The notes beneath the pieces were generated by a model, which did not search any database, was not told the DNA's origin, and was given only the letters and a program-made list of their open reading frames with translations. The position numbers and the translations under genes are program-made. 64,000 bases of DNA, taken from NCBI GenBank assembly GCA_044892525.1, contig CM097885.1, forward strand, positions 2,792,001-2,856,000. The letters are read 5' to 3'. Below, piece after piece: positions 15,312 to 27,929 of this stretch (its first letter is position 1; each line of letters starts with the position of its first letter). This stretch comes from Schmidtea polychroa. Lineage: Eukaryota.

Positions 15312-15979
15312 CTAGTATGAACACCGGAATCCCAGGGCGCATTATCTCCGCAGCTGGCGTCACATGGGAGGAGAATGCATCCGAATTTTTCAACCTAGAA
15401 GAGCTATTAGCAGAAACTGAATGGGAGAAGTGACCCAGTTTTGCGAGCAAACCGAAGTTCCAGTCGTAACTCTTGTGATTTTCAATGTGATGCTCTGTGT
15501 CTTCTTGTATTGTTTGTGTTTTTCTCTTGTACATCGATAATTTAATAAATCAGTTTTGTTTAAGTCATTGCGTTTTGCTTTATGTATCGGTAAACTCTAC
15601 TTTTCTTTTTCTCTACGAGATAATTTGGTTGGCTGACACCTTTGAATAGTGTATGATTTGCAACGAACTCAGAAAACGATGGAATGTCGAGTGCAGAGGT
15701 AGAGTAGGAAGACGTAAGACCTTCTATCGGCAGTCAGGAAAAGGGAAGTCGAGGCCTCGGAAAAGAGTAGTCCTAAGGCCGGGGCTCACCTGTTTTCTGG
15801 TGTCTCGCAGGCATAATACAGGACCAACATGAAGCAATTAATGGGTATTATGTTGGAATGCAGATCGTGTGGAGTTCTACACAAGGTTGACAGAAATATG
15901 AACTATGTTAATGTAATGGGCTATCATCCTCTAGACGGGACTTAAAAGGCGTATGAGTCAACCGAGTAGCACCGCAGCA

Positions 15980-16634
15980 CTACCGATTAAAAACGACTCG
16001 AATATTTATATATATTTAGGAGTCGATTTATCTTATAAACATAGACATAATATAGACAGAAGCCTAGAACAAGCACTCATAGACACTATAAAGGTCTTCT
16101 AATCACACCTACACCCAGCACAGGAAATCTCAGCCTATAAAATCTTTATACACTCACGTCTAATGTTCACCTTGCGCAATTGTGAAATAAATCACATGAT
16201 ACTCGATTCAAAGAGAAAGGAAGGAGTAATGGGTAATAATATGATTAGCAAATCGGACACGAGACCTTTAAGATATCCAAATTTCATGAAAGATTCAAAG
16301 CAAAAATTAATTAAAGTGATTTATTTAATGATTAAAAGAATGCGTAACAGAATTTGATAGAGTTTAGAAAGCACCGATTGCCCTCATCGCATCGACAGCT
16401 CTCATTTTGGTAAACTTACCCAAACTGATGTGAAAGCAATTTGGAACATTTTATCAATATTGTTGTTGCGGATTGCGTTGAAATGCCTCACAAATAGCTG
16501 GCGGAGGTGAAATGTTAAGGCATTAATCAATTTGATATAAGGCAATTTTAGTATTGCATTTAGGTGCATTTTACTGCCATTCAATACATCAATAATTTCT
16601 CCACAACTAAGGATTGGAAAAAAAACAAAAAAAA
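15980..16634 (+). repeat. ~650-bp direct duplicate of 8227-8884 (chimeric LINE-RT plus hAT fragment)
   Basis: Near-identical sequence at both positions. Confidence 0.9.
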
Positions 16635-16731
16635 GAATACCGGTATTTCGGTATTGACATTTATTGGTCCTGGTATCAATACCGGTATTCCAAAAAATAA
16701 TAATTTTTTATGTAATTATGTAATGTAGCGA

Positions 16732-17420
16732 TTGCCACTATTTCTGTGCGATATTGCACTAGAAGAGCAGAAATTCGACTTAAATAAATGGGAAGCTATC
16801 AAATGTTTTTTGAAATCAACATTTGAGGCCAGCAAACCAATCAATCAAGCGCTAAGCAAACTGGCAGCAAGGAAGCAGAGACCAAATGAATCATTGACGA
16901 TATTTGCAAGTGAATTAAGGAGATTAGCAAAGAAAGCTATGGACGGAAAATTACCTGAGGAAAATTTAATCGGGTATTTAGTTGAAGGAATGCGAAGGGA
17001 AGAAATACGAGCATCAGTGAGATGCCAAATGTATAAAACATTAGAAGAGGCCAGTCATATGCGAGCTACATCCCCGCTGCACAAATGAATGGGATGCAAG
17101 AGGAAGGAATGATAGCCACGGTGACAACAAAGCATGACAATGAGAACAACAACAACAATAATGGCCTCAAAGTGAAACAATTCATACCTGGGGCGCATCA
17201 AATATTTAAGGCGCCACAAAGAAGACCCGAGATGAACAATAATAAGCAATGCAAAACATGTGGGAAAGCCGGCCATTGGGATATAGACTGCATCCGATAT
17301 GTAGCTAGTAACAGATGTGGACGGAGAGGTCACACCGAGAACATATGCGGAATACGGGGATGCTACACGTTGTGGACACAAGGAGAAAAGTCCGAAACCA
17401 AAACAAGAGACCAGTTTTAA
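16732..17420 (+). pseudogene. LTR-retrotransposon gag fragment with two CCHC knuckles
   Basis: RKQRPNESLTIFASELRRLA (retrotrans_gag-like); CKTCGKAGHWDIDC; CGRRGHTENIC; frameshift near 17085. Confidence 0.8.
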
Positions 17421-18465
17421 CTAGAGCAATAAAAAATAAGATTAGAAAAGCTGGGGGAAATATCCTATGAGATAAAAACAGAAATAGGGACCAGATGGCT
17501 GCGGGAGTTGTTGATGGATATTATGATAATAACACACCCAAACCAGAACAATTAGCTAGCAGAAGAGCAAGCAGAAAGAATACGAAACATAATGGAGGAG
17601 AAAATATAAGTTAATCTAGAAACCAGCATAAACAGCAACGGCTAACAGCAATGGAAATTGGGAAACCAGAAAGCAAAGCAAGGAAGCGTGGATAATGACG
17701 CAATAATTGGTATAATGGTAATGCTGATAGCAGGATGAACCATAAAGGTGTTTGTAAATGATAATAGGACAGCGGTGGGAATGTGGGAGCAGCAATTATA
17801 AGCTATTACGAGAACCGCGACGGAGAGAGCGCGCATGCCGAATGTGCAGAGGTGTATAATAGCATTGATTAAAGGAGCGCCACGGAAGCGCCCAAAGTGC
17901 GGCGAGATGGATATCAAGCAAATACAACCGACACGGAGAGACAAAGCGGCATATAATTTGCAGCTTGTGGAGGATTTCCTATAAATGGTTCATCACGTAC
18001 CTAAGGATTCCACCTGGCTGATTGCATTGCATATTGTGAATGCTTTCCATGCTCGGTCTCAATGCAATTGTCAATTCGATTGGATTCCTCGGATATTTCT
18101 CTGATGTTAGCGCATTCAATTAGTTGTGTTCATTCGCTGCTTGCATCTCTTCGGTTATTTGGTCACCATTCTGAGATTGTTTCATGATTTCACTGCTCGA
18201 TTTGATGCCCATTTAGTGCCGAATGGCTTCCTGGAGTTCAATTAGATTGTTAGCGTTGAATTCAGCCCTTTCAATTGACCGGTAAATGGAAATCAAAGAA
18301 TCCAAAACGACTTCTGAGCTGATACGATAACTCATAATTCTTGGGAAAGGCATTTTAGGATCGGTCTGAATTTGGTGGGTTCATTTAACATTTTTATTAT
18401 ATTAATTTATTACTTTTATAATTATTTTTATTTAATATTTTTAATTTATTACTTTATTATTATTA

Positions 18466-18575
<110 letters not shown>

Positions 18576-18595
18576 TGCCATTTAATGGCCTATCC

Positions 18596-19064
18596 CATGG
18601 GCGGGGAACCTTTTTATTTCCATAGGCCACATTGAAATTTGTCACCTCCAAATGGGGCCGCAATCAAAAAGTATTTTAACTATAATTTATTTCATTTTAA
18701 ATTTTTTGTTTATAATCAGTCTCCAGATTTGAAAAATGCAGCTGTACGAAATATTCTGAAAAACTTTTATTATTTCTCAATCGAAAAATTTATGCAAATA
18801 AGTCATCATTTCACAAATGAGTGCTCAATAATCTTATTTATTCTTCTACATACGTTTTGTATTTATGGGTGTGAATGATTGACTTTTATATTTCGTTCTT
18901 TGTACTCGGCTGGATGCTTATACATTATATATACAGTTGAGTAGTTACAAATATTCTTATTTGTAAATCCTCAAAATTCAAGATTTTTTAAATAAATTAA
19001 GATTTATTTCAAATAGGCTCCGTAGGTCGCATGCGGCCTAAAAGCCGCAGGTTCCCCATCCCTG
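18596..19064. mobile_element. Non-autonomous hAT (Charlie-like) MITE
   Basis: TIRs CATGGGCGGGGAACC / GGTTCCCCATCCCTG; perfect 8-bp TSD GCCTATCC at 18588-18595 and 19065-19072. Confidence 0.9.
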
Positions 19065-21047
19065 GCCTATCCAAAGACAAATTTCTTGGCAGCCTGTAAG
19101 GAAAATCAATCTAATTATATTTTTTGGTTAAATCTTTAATTAAAAATTAAATGAAGATTTTAAATGCATTTCAGAGCTATTTGTAATTAATAAATACAAT
19201 TTGATTGGAACAGAAATCGAATTTAGAATAGGCAATCATGCAGAATGTTTGTGATGATGCATGAAATGATATGAAATTATCCCAACCCCTTTCCTTTTTA
19301 TAATGGGAATTTATAGAGATTTCATGGAAACTTGTGATATGCTTTTATATTTGCCGAAATTTCCGTTCTCAGCATAGTAGAGAGGCATACAAGTGAGAAA
19401 CCACCATTAATTATCGCACTCTGGTTATCCACATGGGGCCCTTTCAAGGTCAAGTAGTGATTATTGATTTAAAAATATTTTTATTGATTTTAATCGATTT
19501 TTGAAAAGAAATTCAAGTATTGATTTAAATGTGTAATTATTGAATAAAAACTGCCAATATTGATTTTAAGGTTAACTTTTAAGCTTTATCTCGCCGTAGC
19601 GGAGGGCTTTGAGATTTTTAAAAAATTATTTCGGCCAAAATATAGAGGACGACATCATCTATATATTTGTTCACCACAACAATTTTGTATCTCTTCAAGA
19701 TTTTTCTGGCGAAAATTTAAAATTTTTCAAAGTGAAAAACTTGACTAGAAAAACAATCTTTGGGATTTTCGGAAATTTAATTTATTTCACAATACGGAGA
19801 GTTGCAAGCCCTACAAGTTTACTAACCACAACTTGTTCAAATTTCATTGGAAGATGGTCAAAAATACAAAAAACAAATATTGTGTACCTTCAATGGCGTC
19901 AGGCTCCGAAACCTTATCATGCAAAATTCTTGTAATTTTCCCGTGTAAAATGTTAGAGCTTTGCCAAAAATACATATTTGTTGAAGAAAAGATTTTTGTT
20001 GGGAAAATATATTCGTAACCTTTGAAAAAGCCGAAGAGTAGAAAAGAAAGAATAAAATTATTAATTATTTTTATATTATTTTATGTATAATTGTTTTAAT
20101 GTGGTCATTTTAGGCAAAATGTTTGCATTTGTTTATTTTCAATTATTTATCTATTGGATTCATTATCGTGTTGATTGTTCGTCAGTTCTCAGGCAGATGA
20201 TGAAGCCTACGACAACACCTGCCAAGCTCTTGGTCACAAATATTTGTCTAGCCTTGACAAATGCCTTGACATTTCTGAATCAAAAAGAAAAACCGGCGAA
20301 ATTTTGATGCATTTCATCTGGATAATCGAGCAAATTATTTTCGAATTGGCTAACGGAATCCGAAAAAACAAATAAAAAAATTATTATTAGGCCAGACTTT
20401 TATTCTTCTGTTCTGTTTTTTCATTTTCAGTAAATTTAATGGAAAAACATTTGTTGATTATGTTGTTATTTTAAAATTAATTTTTAATTAAAATAAATAA
20501 TTATATTATTTTTTATCTTTTTATTGATAGTTTTCATCAAAATTACATTAATATTAAACTCATTATTGTACAGCATTCACCCCTTTATTAATTAGTTCTT
20601 TATTAAATCCAAATTCTTTCTTTAAATATTTTTATCATTTTTTTCTATTATTATTAATTTTATTATAACTATATTTATTATTATAATTTTTTTAGATTAT
20701 AATTTTTTATGATTACTATTATTGTAATTTTTATTATTTTTTTAAATTATAAATTTATTATATATTTAATAAATTTCATATTTATTATTATTTTTATTAT
20801 TTATAATTTTTATTATTATTTTGTAATTTCTATTAGTATAATTTTTTATTAATATTATTATTATTATTAATTATTATTTATATTTTAATAATCATTTTGT
20901 TATTTCAAATGGTATTATTATTTTTTTATTTATATTATTATTATTATTATGATTTTATCTTTATTATTTTTTTTTGTTATCATTTGTTATTATTTTTATT
21001 TTAATTATCAAATTAATTAATCAAATTCACTTGAAAAATATATTTTT

Positions 21048-21100
<53 letters not shown>

Positions 21101-21329
21101 TTTATTGTTATTTTTATTTTCATTTTAATTATCAAATTAATTTATCAAATTCAGTGCCGAAAATTCCTGAATATAAAAACCATCCATATGTTTACTCTGT
21201 CTTCAAGCTTTATAATAAATACAGTAAAAATGAAATTAGAAATGGAATTGGAACAAAAAAGTTCTTATATTTTAATTATTGTTTTTACTATCATTAATAA
21301 TAAATTGATAAAGCAGATATCTGTTATTG

Positions 21330-21900
21330 ATTTTATTATTTTTGATAAGATTTTAAAATCCGGCATTCCTAATTCTCTCATACAGCTTTTATTATGATCC
21401 TTAATATTGGACAACCCCTTCGGTCAACAATGTCCTTGCACTCGAGTACAGAGATGACGGGAAATCTTTCCCATGTATGTGGCATTACACCCATTACATG
21501 TGAATTGATAAACGAGATCCGAACACAATTCAACCGGCGTTTGATATTAACTAACAAACATACTACGTCCTTTGCACGATTTTGAAACAATTCTAAATTT
21601 CAATTTACCTAGTTGTTCACCTATCTTTCTTTTAAAATCTTTATATCCTTCCGAATACGGCAATACCATCGTATATTTTGGCTCATCTTGTTTGTTAGTA
21701 TCAATGCTAATATTCACTACATCATTCGACATATCAGTCAATTAACATTCATTCATTCTTATCTAATTGTGGATCATTCCCAAAATTTATAACCATATCG
21801 AGATCATTAGATCAATGGGCAAAACCTCACAATTCCTGAATACATTAATAACCCGTTTAGCGTTACCCAGGAAATATTATTCAAATCCTAAACAATTTTT
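21330..21900 (-). pseudogene. Penelope-like element relic (RT C-terminal linker and GIY-YIG endonuclease)
   Basis: Minus-strand translation YTMVLPYSEG and DLVYQFTCNGCNATYMGKISRHLCTRVQGH (21.43-21.52 kb). Confidence 0.8.
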
Positions 21901-22208
21901 TGTTATTTTGTTAAAAAGTATTTCAATTACCAATATTGATTTTTAATGGTGTAATGGATGTCTAACATTTGAATAATATAAACATTACAAGCTTTGTGAT
22001 AACCAGTGCAAATCCCTATAGTAGACTAGTTTCGAGCTTAGCTAAAGGTTTACAGATGCACTTATGACCAGTTTCTGTGTCAAGACTATTTTGTTCTTCA
22101 GAGGTGAATATGATTTTTCATTCGCCATGTCTACAAATTTGCAGACATTTTACTGTTAATTAGCTAATTTGCAAGTGATGTAATTTCCAGTGTAGCAGGG
22201 AAAGTATG

Positions 22209-24378
22209 CAATAGAGTTGAATCAGCAAAAGTGAGAAAAAAATCATTTTGAGAGTTTTTACTTGGAATAGCAATGAAAAGACGTGGAGTGTTGTCATCCA
22301 AAAGATATTAAAAGTTCAACTTGATAAGTTGATATCTGAGGCTCCCCAACGAGTGATGAAAATGACAATATTTGGACATTTTTTACCGAAAATGTTTAAT
22401 TATAATATACTGAAAAATAGTGATACAATTTGCTTCTATATTATCAGAAACATTTTTAGGCAGTTTTGGCACAGTGCTAACATATATTGTCTCAATAAAA
22501 ACACACACACATTCAAATGAGTCGATATGACTGTCACATATTGAAGTCCCGTTTTGTGTCGAAAACGGGCATTTTGCCCTAGACTCCAGTCTGGTACGGA
22601 TAAAACCGTCTCGTCGTTTGTCACCACACAGACTGAGATGCCTCAGTCACCACCTTGATGCACCTCTCCACAGCCTGCGTGTGGCATGGGTATCTGTTGA
22701 ATTTGACCACGGGCGTAGTTGGTTCACGTATAAACTGTCGGAGGTCATCGTCACTGATAATCATTGTGACTGGTGGCTCCGTCACACTCACTGTCGACCA
22801 GTCAATCATTTCGGTGTAGTCTGTGCAGTCAAAGTTAATCGACGGCACTGTGAACTGCCGAACGCCCTTCCTCTTCGGCTGGTCTCGTGCCTTCAGAATT
22901 CTACGGAGGGCTAGTTCACGAATGCTTGGTCGTTCGTCGGTCATCATGGACAGCAACAGATTTTCTGGGTGAGCGAAGTAGCTGTTGCGCTGGATGACGG
23001 GGTCCACGATGGCCTTCAGTTCGTCCGTCAGGTACCACGAGTTCTGGATCATCAAGAACACTTGTCTCGCTCCATCCTTGCACGATGGATTTTGCTTGGT
23101 GTGGAACCATGTCACAACATACACGCGAACGATGAATGTGACAATGGTGACCAAAGTGTCAGATGGATTTTCGCATCCAACGTACAATCGCAGCAGGCGA
23201 TTAGCTGTGGTCAGCCATCGTGAGTGATTGAGAGCGCCTGGATTTCTCAGTGACAGATCTCTCGAACATTCCCCACTCGAAACCGCTTGAGCAATTTCGT
23301 ACAGATATCGCTGATCCGTACTCAAATTGCGAGGATCATCGTGATGTAGGTCAGTCTCGACCGGTCGGTATTCGACGACAGGAAACTCTTCGCACTTGTT
23401 TAACGCCTTGCCAAGTGTTCCTGCGAATCCATGCGGTCCCGTCATTGCGCCATCAAGAGACTGAAACAGATGTCGAAGTGGCAACTCGTTGGCATGGAGT
23501 AAGCACACCAGCCATTGCAAGGGGCGTTTCAGTTTGAGTTCAAGCAGGCCTGTTCGGCCGGTATTCACGGCTGTGCCATCACAACCGACGACGGTGAGCT
23601 CCTTGAGGTCCGTCTTGCAAACTAGTGGGGTTGTCGTTGCTTTAATGAATCTCTTGCTGGTGCTACCCTCTGGCGTTACATGGCAATAGTACGTCGATCC
23701 TGGCTCTCGGTCCATAACGATATGTTCCTCGGTTATTTCTTTACGATGATATTTTCCGGTGTCAGCTCTAACGTTAACTAAAGTATTGTCTTTGCGACCA
23801 CATATGAGAGATTCTATTCAGTGAATAGTACTCAGTCTTATTTCATAATTACTGTCATGTGCTATTTTAACCAACAACATTATTATAATATCTCATAAAC
23901 TAATGTTCTAAGTGTAGTAAACACAGCAGATGCTCCAACACAGTCCACACGGATGCAGTGAGCGGATACACTACTCTGTCTGGCAAATGAAAAAAAATAC
24001 ATTACATAGTCTAAAAACAACACTGTTGTACAACTTCCGCTTCAGTTAAATGAGGTCATAGAATATATAAATCGACAAGTAAGTAACTAACAAATTAGGA
24101 TTGTTCAAAATCAAGTTAAACTTAATGTATGCACTGGAAGCCCTGGTTGGTATACGCTATACACTGTATAGTAAACACTATACAGTTATGCCCCTTGTCG
24201 TCAATCGCGTGCTCTAAAAATCAACTCAACATACCTTATTTAAATTGCATTGGGGGAGCCTAAAAATATTTTTATGATTTATTATATTTTGCACATGTTT
24301 GTAACTGGTATTGGTACGTCTTTTCTACACTATGCTGAATTGATTGTAAACAAGTATTTTTTTCACTCCACCCTATTG
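22209..24378 (-). mobile_element. hAT-superfamily (hATm-like) DNA transposon, internally deleted; transposase 22621-23715
   Basis: VGCDGTAVNTG, LVCLLHANELPLRH, HSRWLTTANR, FAHPENLL, PCHTQAVER; right end reads CAATAGGGTGG inward, left end is a degenerate CAATAGAGTTG. Confidence 0.7.
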
Positions 24379-24419
24379 TATACTTACCTGGCGCGAAGAG
24401 AAATCTTCGCGTCTCCTGC

Positions 24420-24461
24420 ATAGTACTGCTGAGAGCCAAAAGCTCGAAACTCGTCTATTAT
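24420..24461 (+). ncRNA. Minimal type I hammerhead ribozyme motif (Penelope pLTR type), core variant
   Basis: ATAGTA-CTGCTGA-GAGC caaaa GCTC-GAAAC tc GTC-TATTAT, with stems I and II pairing; partial inverted copy with GAAACTAGTC at ~22015-22039. Confidence 0.7.
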
Positions 24462-24662
24462 TGGTATTCGCACTGGGTATCGCAAAGCTTGTAATGTTTA
24501 TATTGATTTTATTTATATTTATATTTTTGCTATGGTGATTTTGAATTTCGTTTTAATCTGTTCAAATAAATTCTAATTTCACATAAATTTCTTTAAATAA
24601 TTACTTTTTTATTTTAATATTTCATGAAAAATATTTATTTTTATATTTTGATCTATTTTTAA

Positions 24663-24875
24663 AGTAGTAGAAAGGGAGCCCGCGAAACCAGGAGCCCGCG
24701 GGGACAAAGACATATACCCCCCCTCACCCCCGGGGGTAAAAATTTTTAATTTTTTTTTTCAAGGTCAAATTTTTTTCTTTAAAACCAGGAGCCCGCGGGG
24801 ACAAAGACAATATTTTCAAATTTTAGAATCTTTTTTAATTTTTAGAGTTCCCGCCAATGAAAATTCATCCACAAT
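24663..24875 (+). mobile_element. Polinton-type left terminus
   Basis: AGTAGTAG, duplicated GGAGCCCGCG, ACATATACCCCCC..CGGGGG..AAAAATTTTT, TCAAGGTCA; the same GGAGCCCGCGGGGACAAAGAC repeat resumes at 29.7-30.9 kb. Confidence 0.75.
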
Positions 24876-24949
24876 GTCACGCCGTTTGGACTCATGGGAG
24901 CACCAGCAATGTTCCAGAGAGCAATGAACCTAATGCTAATGGATGCTCA

Positions 24950-25095
24950 TCACGCAATGGTATATATTGATGATATCATTGCTTTCTCACAACCTTAGGG
25001 GAAACATCTGGAACATCTAGGACATCTGGAACATCTCGAGGATGTGTTCAAGAGATAAATTGAAGCCAAATTAAAAGTCAAGCTGCAAATGCTAA
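24950..25095 (+). pseudogene. LTR-retrotransposon RT fragment
   Basis: VYIDDIIAFS...HLEHL...EAKLKVK. Confidence 0.7.
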
Positions 25096-26439
25096 TGAGC
25101 CGAATCAGAAATGAATGAACTCAACCTGGTAGCTGAATTATTTATCCTGTGCTTATAGGAACCTGCAGCATCCTGCTATCAATACCAGCCAACCAATTAT
25201 ACCTTACAAACAACCAGCGGGAATACATCTCAGCTTAACCATCTGTGAAAGCATATACATTCGAAATCGATATGCCGATTAATCAGAATCTATTGGCAAT
25301 ATGTTGTTGAAAGAGTCAGCAGGCACTCAACCTGATGGCTGAATGTTTGAGTTCTTCCTTATTTTATATTGTGTAAACATATTTGTTATTATGGATGTAT
25401 AGTGCCTTTCGGGAGCAGTAAGTTGCCACTAATCCTGATGTGATACCGCTACCTCTACCCCTTCTCTAATACTTCATATCCCCTCATATGAATAATAATT
25501 TACCATTATGCCATTGGCGTATCTAATGCTTTACTGATCCATCTCAGCCATGTAGAGGAGCCATTGAAAGCTTGGTCAGACCGCGTGCCAATACTGATGC
25601 TTATTTCGGAAAAGACTGTCAAATCATCTTCATTGCCCTCATAAACATTACACAAATACCCTCAGTCTGGGACACATTTCTCGCTATCCGTTCTGAGTAA
25701 GCAGCCGTGTTGTAGAGCTCCTTTCATGCATGCCATCCGATATGTCAGTGTAGGATCTTGTCTGTGTACAAGTTTCCGCACCTTCACATTGAGCAGCTAG
25801 AAAGGATAAAATCAAATTCCCTCAACTCGTTATTAATTAATATTCATACACAAGGTAACACCATAGGCAATGCTTAGCTAAATATTCTCCCTTTCCTAAT
25901 ATTGAGGTTTCTTGCCTACGGAATAAGTGATATGTAATTATATTTGTGTCATTGCTGATTATTACATTTCAGCTCTAGGCGAAGATGAATGTCCAGGACC
26001 AATATGGACAATGATATCTGGTCAAGGAAATTTATGTCTTCTTTTCAAAAAACTTTACTAATTCCAGAAACTCGTACAACTCTGGCATGTGGTCTTTATT
26101 TAATATCGGTAAAATTTCGAGAATCAATGAAAAATAACATGGACACCGAAGTTGTGGCATGAAAGTAAAATTTGCCACGATAAAAACTATTTAGATCCCT
26201 GTCAGGTGAATGAATTTAATAAAGAAGCAAGAGCATTGAAGCATTTGTAAAGACGAGTTTATTTCCAGAATTCTCCTAATATGCACCTTCAAGCTGAGCC
26301 TTGCAGACAGTAACAAATCTGTAAGCCTGGATGAAATTTTGGATGTTGTCGATATTGAAGGATGAAGTTCCACCAAACTAATGGAGACACTTGAAAGAAC
26401 ATCTTAACTTGAAAAGTGGAACTATTTCATTCAAAGAGT

Positions 26440-26610
26440 CAGCACCAAATTTATTGAAAATATTTCAGTTTCTCTATTCGATTCCGTTTCGAATGCGACT
26501 GTTGAAAGAATTTTTAGTGTGAAGGGCAATCTATGTACTGAGGAACGTAATCGGATGTCGTTGAATTTAGTAAAAAGCGAACTTTGTATCTGCTTTCATA
26601 TCACTTATAC
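26440..26610 (+). pseudogene. hAT transposase C-terminal relic
   Basis: SIPFSNATVERIFS...ERNRMSLNLVKSEL. Confidence 0.65.
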
Positions 26611-27929
26611 ATGACAAAATGTAAAAGAAATATTTGCTAAAAATAAAAAACACCTAAAAGCTACTTTGCAGCATAGCCTAAGGTTTATATTTAAATTTTG
26701 TCCGGTATTCTTTAAGGTTTCACCTGGCAACATAGTTATCATACAAATAATTTTTATATCGTGTATATGCTCTATTCTTGGCAATTTTATATATTTCATA
26801 ATTAGAAAAATGCAAAATAAAAATTTCCAATTCAAACAATTAATGGGATTATATTTACAATTAATATCATGGAGAGCCTCTGTTTTTATGCTGAGAGATA
26901 TTTATGTAATTTGTCTTAATGGCCTTCTGTTTGTTTATAAACAATAAATACAGCTATAAATATAATATCAAAAATGGTAGAAACACCCACAAATTTATAC
27001 AAGAATTAAACTTAGCGTTCATATTCTAAATATTGTCTTTAGGTAATCTCAAATAATTTCTAACTAATACACGAATCAGAAAAAGCTGTGGTTTTGGAAC
27101 CAGATATTAATTCGTATTGGCCGCGTTCAAACGAAGTTGCAAGACCCTAAAATTAACTTTCGATTAAAAGGCTCTCCAAAATTAAATTCTTGATGAAAGT
27201 GTTCGTGATTCACTGAAAGAAGTAATTCGAATTTGCAAGGAATGGGACATTGAATTTCAAAAACGATATAGAAGAAAAATGAATGGATGGCTAAACATAG
27301 AGTGATGCTGGTTTATCAGCTAAGGAAGAAATAGAAAGGGATATAAAATGATAATTGAATTAAAAAGAGAGTTTGAAAAGACTATAAATCAGTAATATAT
27401 AAATTAGTCTTCAAACTCTCTTTTTAATTCAATGGATAAAATAATTAGAGGTGAAATTGGAAGAAATAAAAGTTCTTATAAGAATATATTGATTTTATTG
27501 ATATTTCTATTTCTGCTATGATGATTTTGAATTTCTTTTTAATCTGTTCAAATAAATTCTAATTATTTTATTATTTTATGAAAAGTAATAATTTTTATAT
27601 TTTGATCTATTTTTAATTTGTGTTTTCCGTTTAAAAATTTTATTTATTTTTCCAATAAAATTTTACTTTTTGTTATCCAATTATAATTTAAATAATTTTA
27701 TAATATTTAAAACAAATGAGAAAAACGCTGAAAATTAACATTAATAATATTTTTGCGCTCAAAGCTAAAATACAATATTTATAAAATGTTTGTTTATCTA
27801 CATCAAAATACAAATTATAAATATTGAAATTGTAAAGGTCAGCGGAAATAATCAATATAATAAGTATGATTTATGATTTATGTTGTAAAATGTTGAAATA
27901 TTTTGATTATTTTGTTAATTTTAGATAAA

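Noticed and set aside
20083..20375. Possible small secreted host gene (QADDEAYDNTCQALGHKYL..)
   Set aside because: The signal-like part and body are in different frames and no family is recognised; support is insufficient.
24380..24395. ATACTTACCTGGCGC resembles the U1 snRNA 5' end
   Set aside because: No U1-70K loop, Sm site or U1 fold follows. It is equally the complement of a CAG|GTAAGTAT donor, and the downstream sequence is Penelope pLTR.
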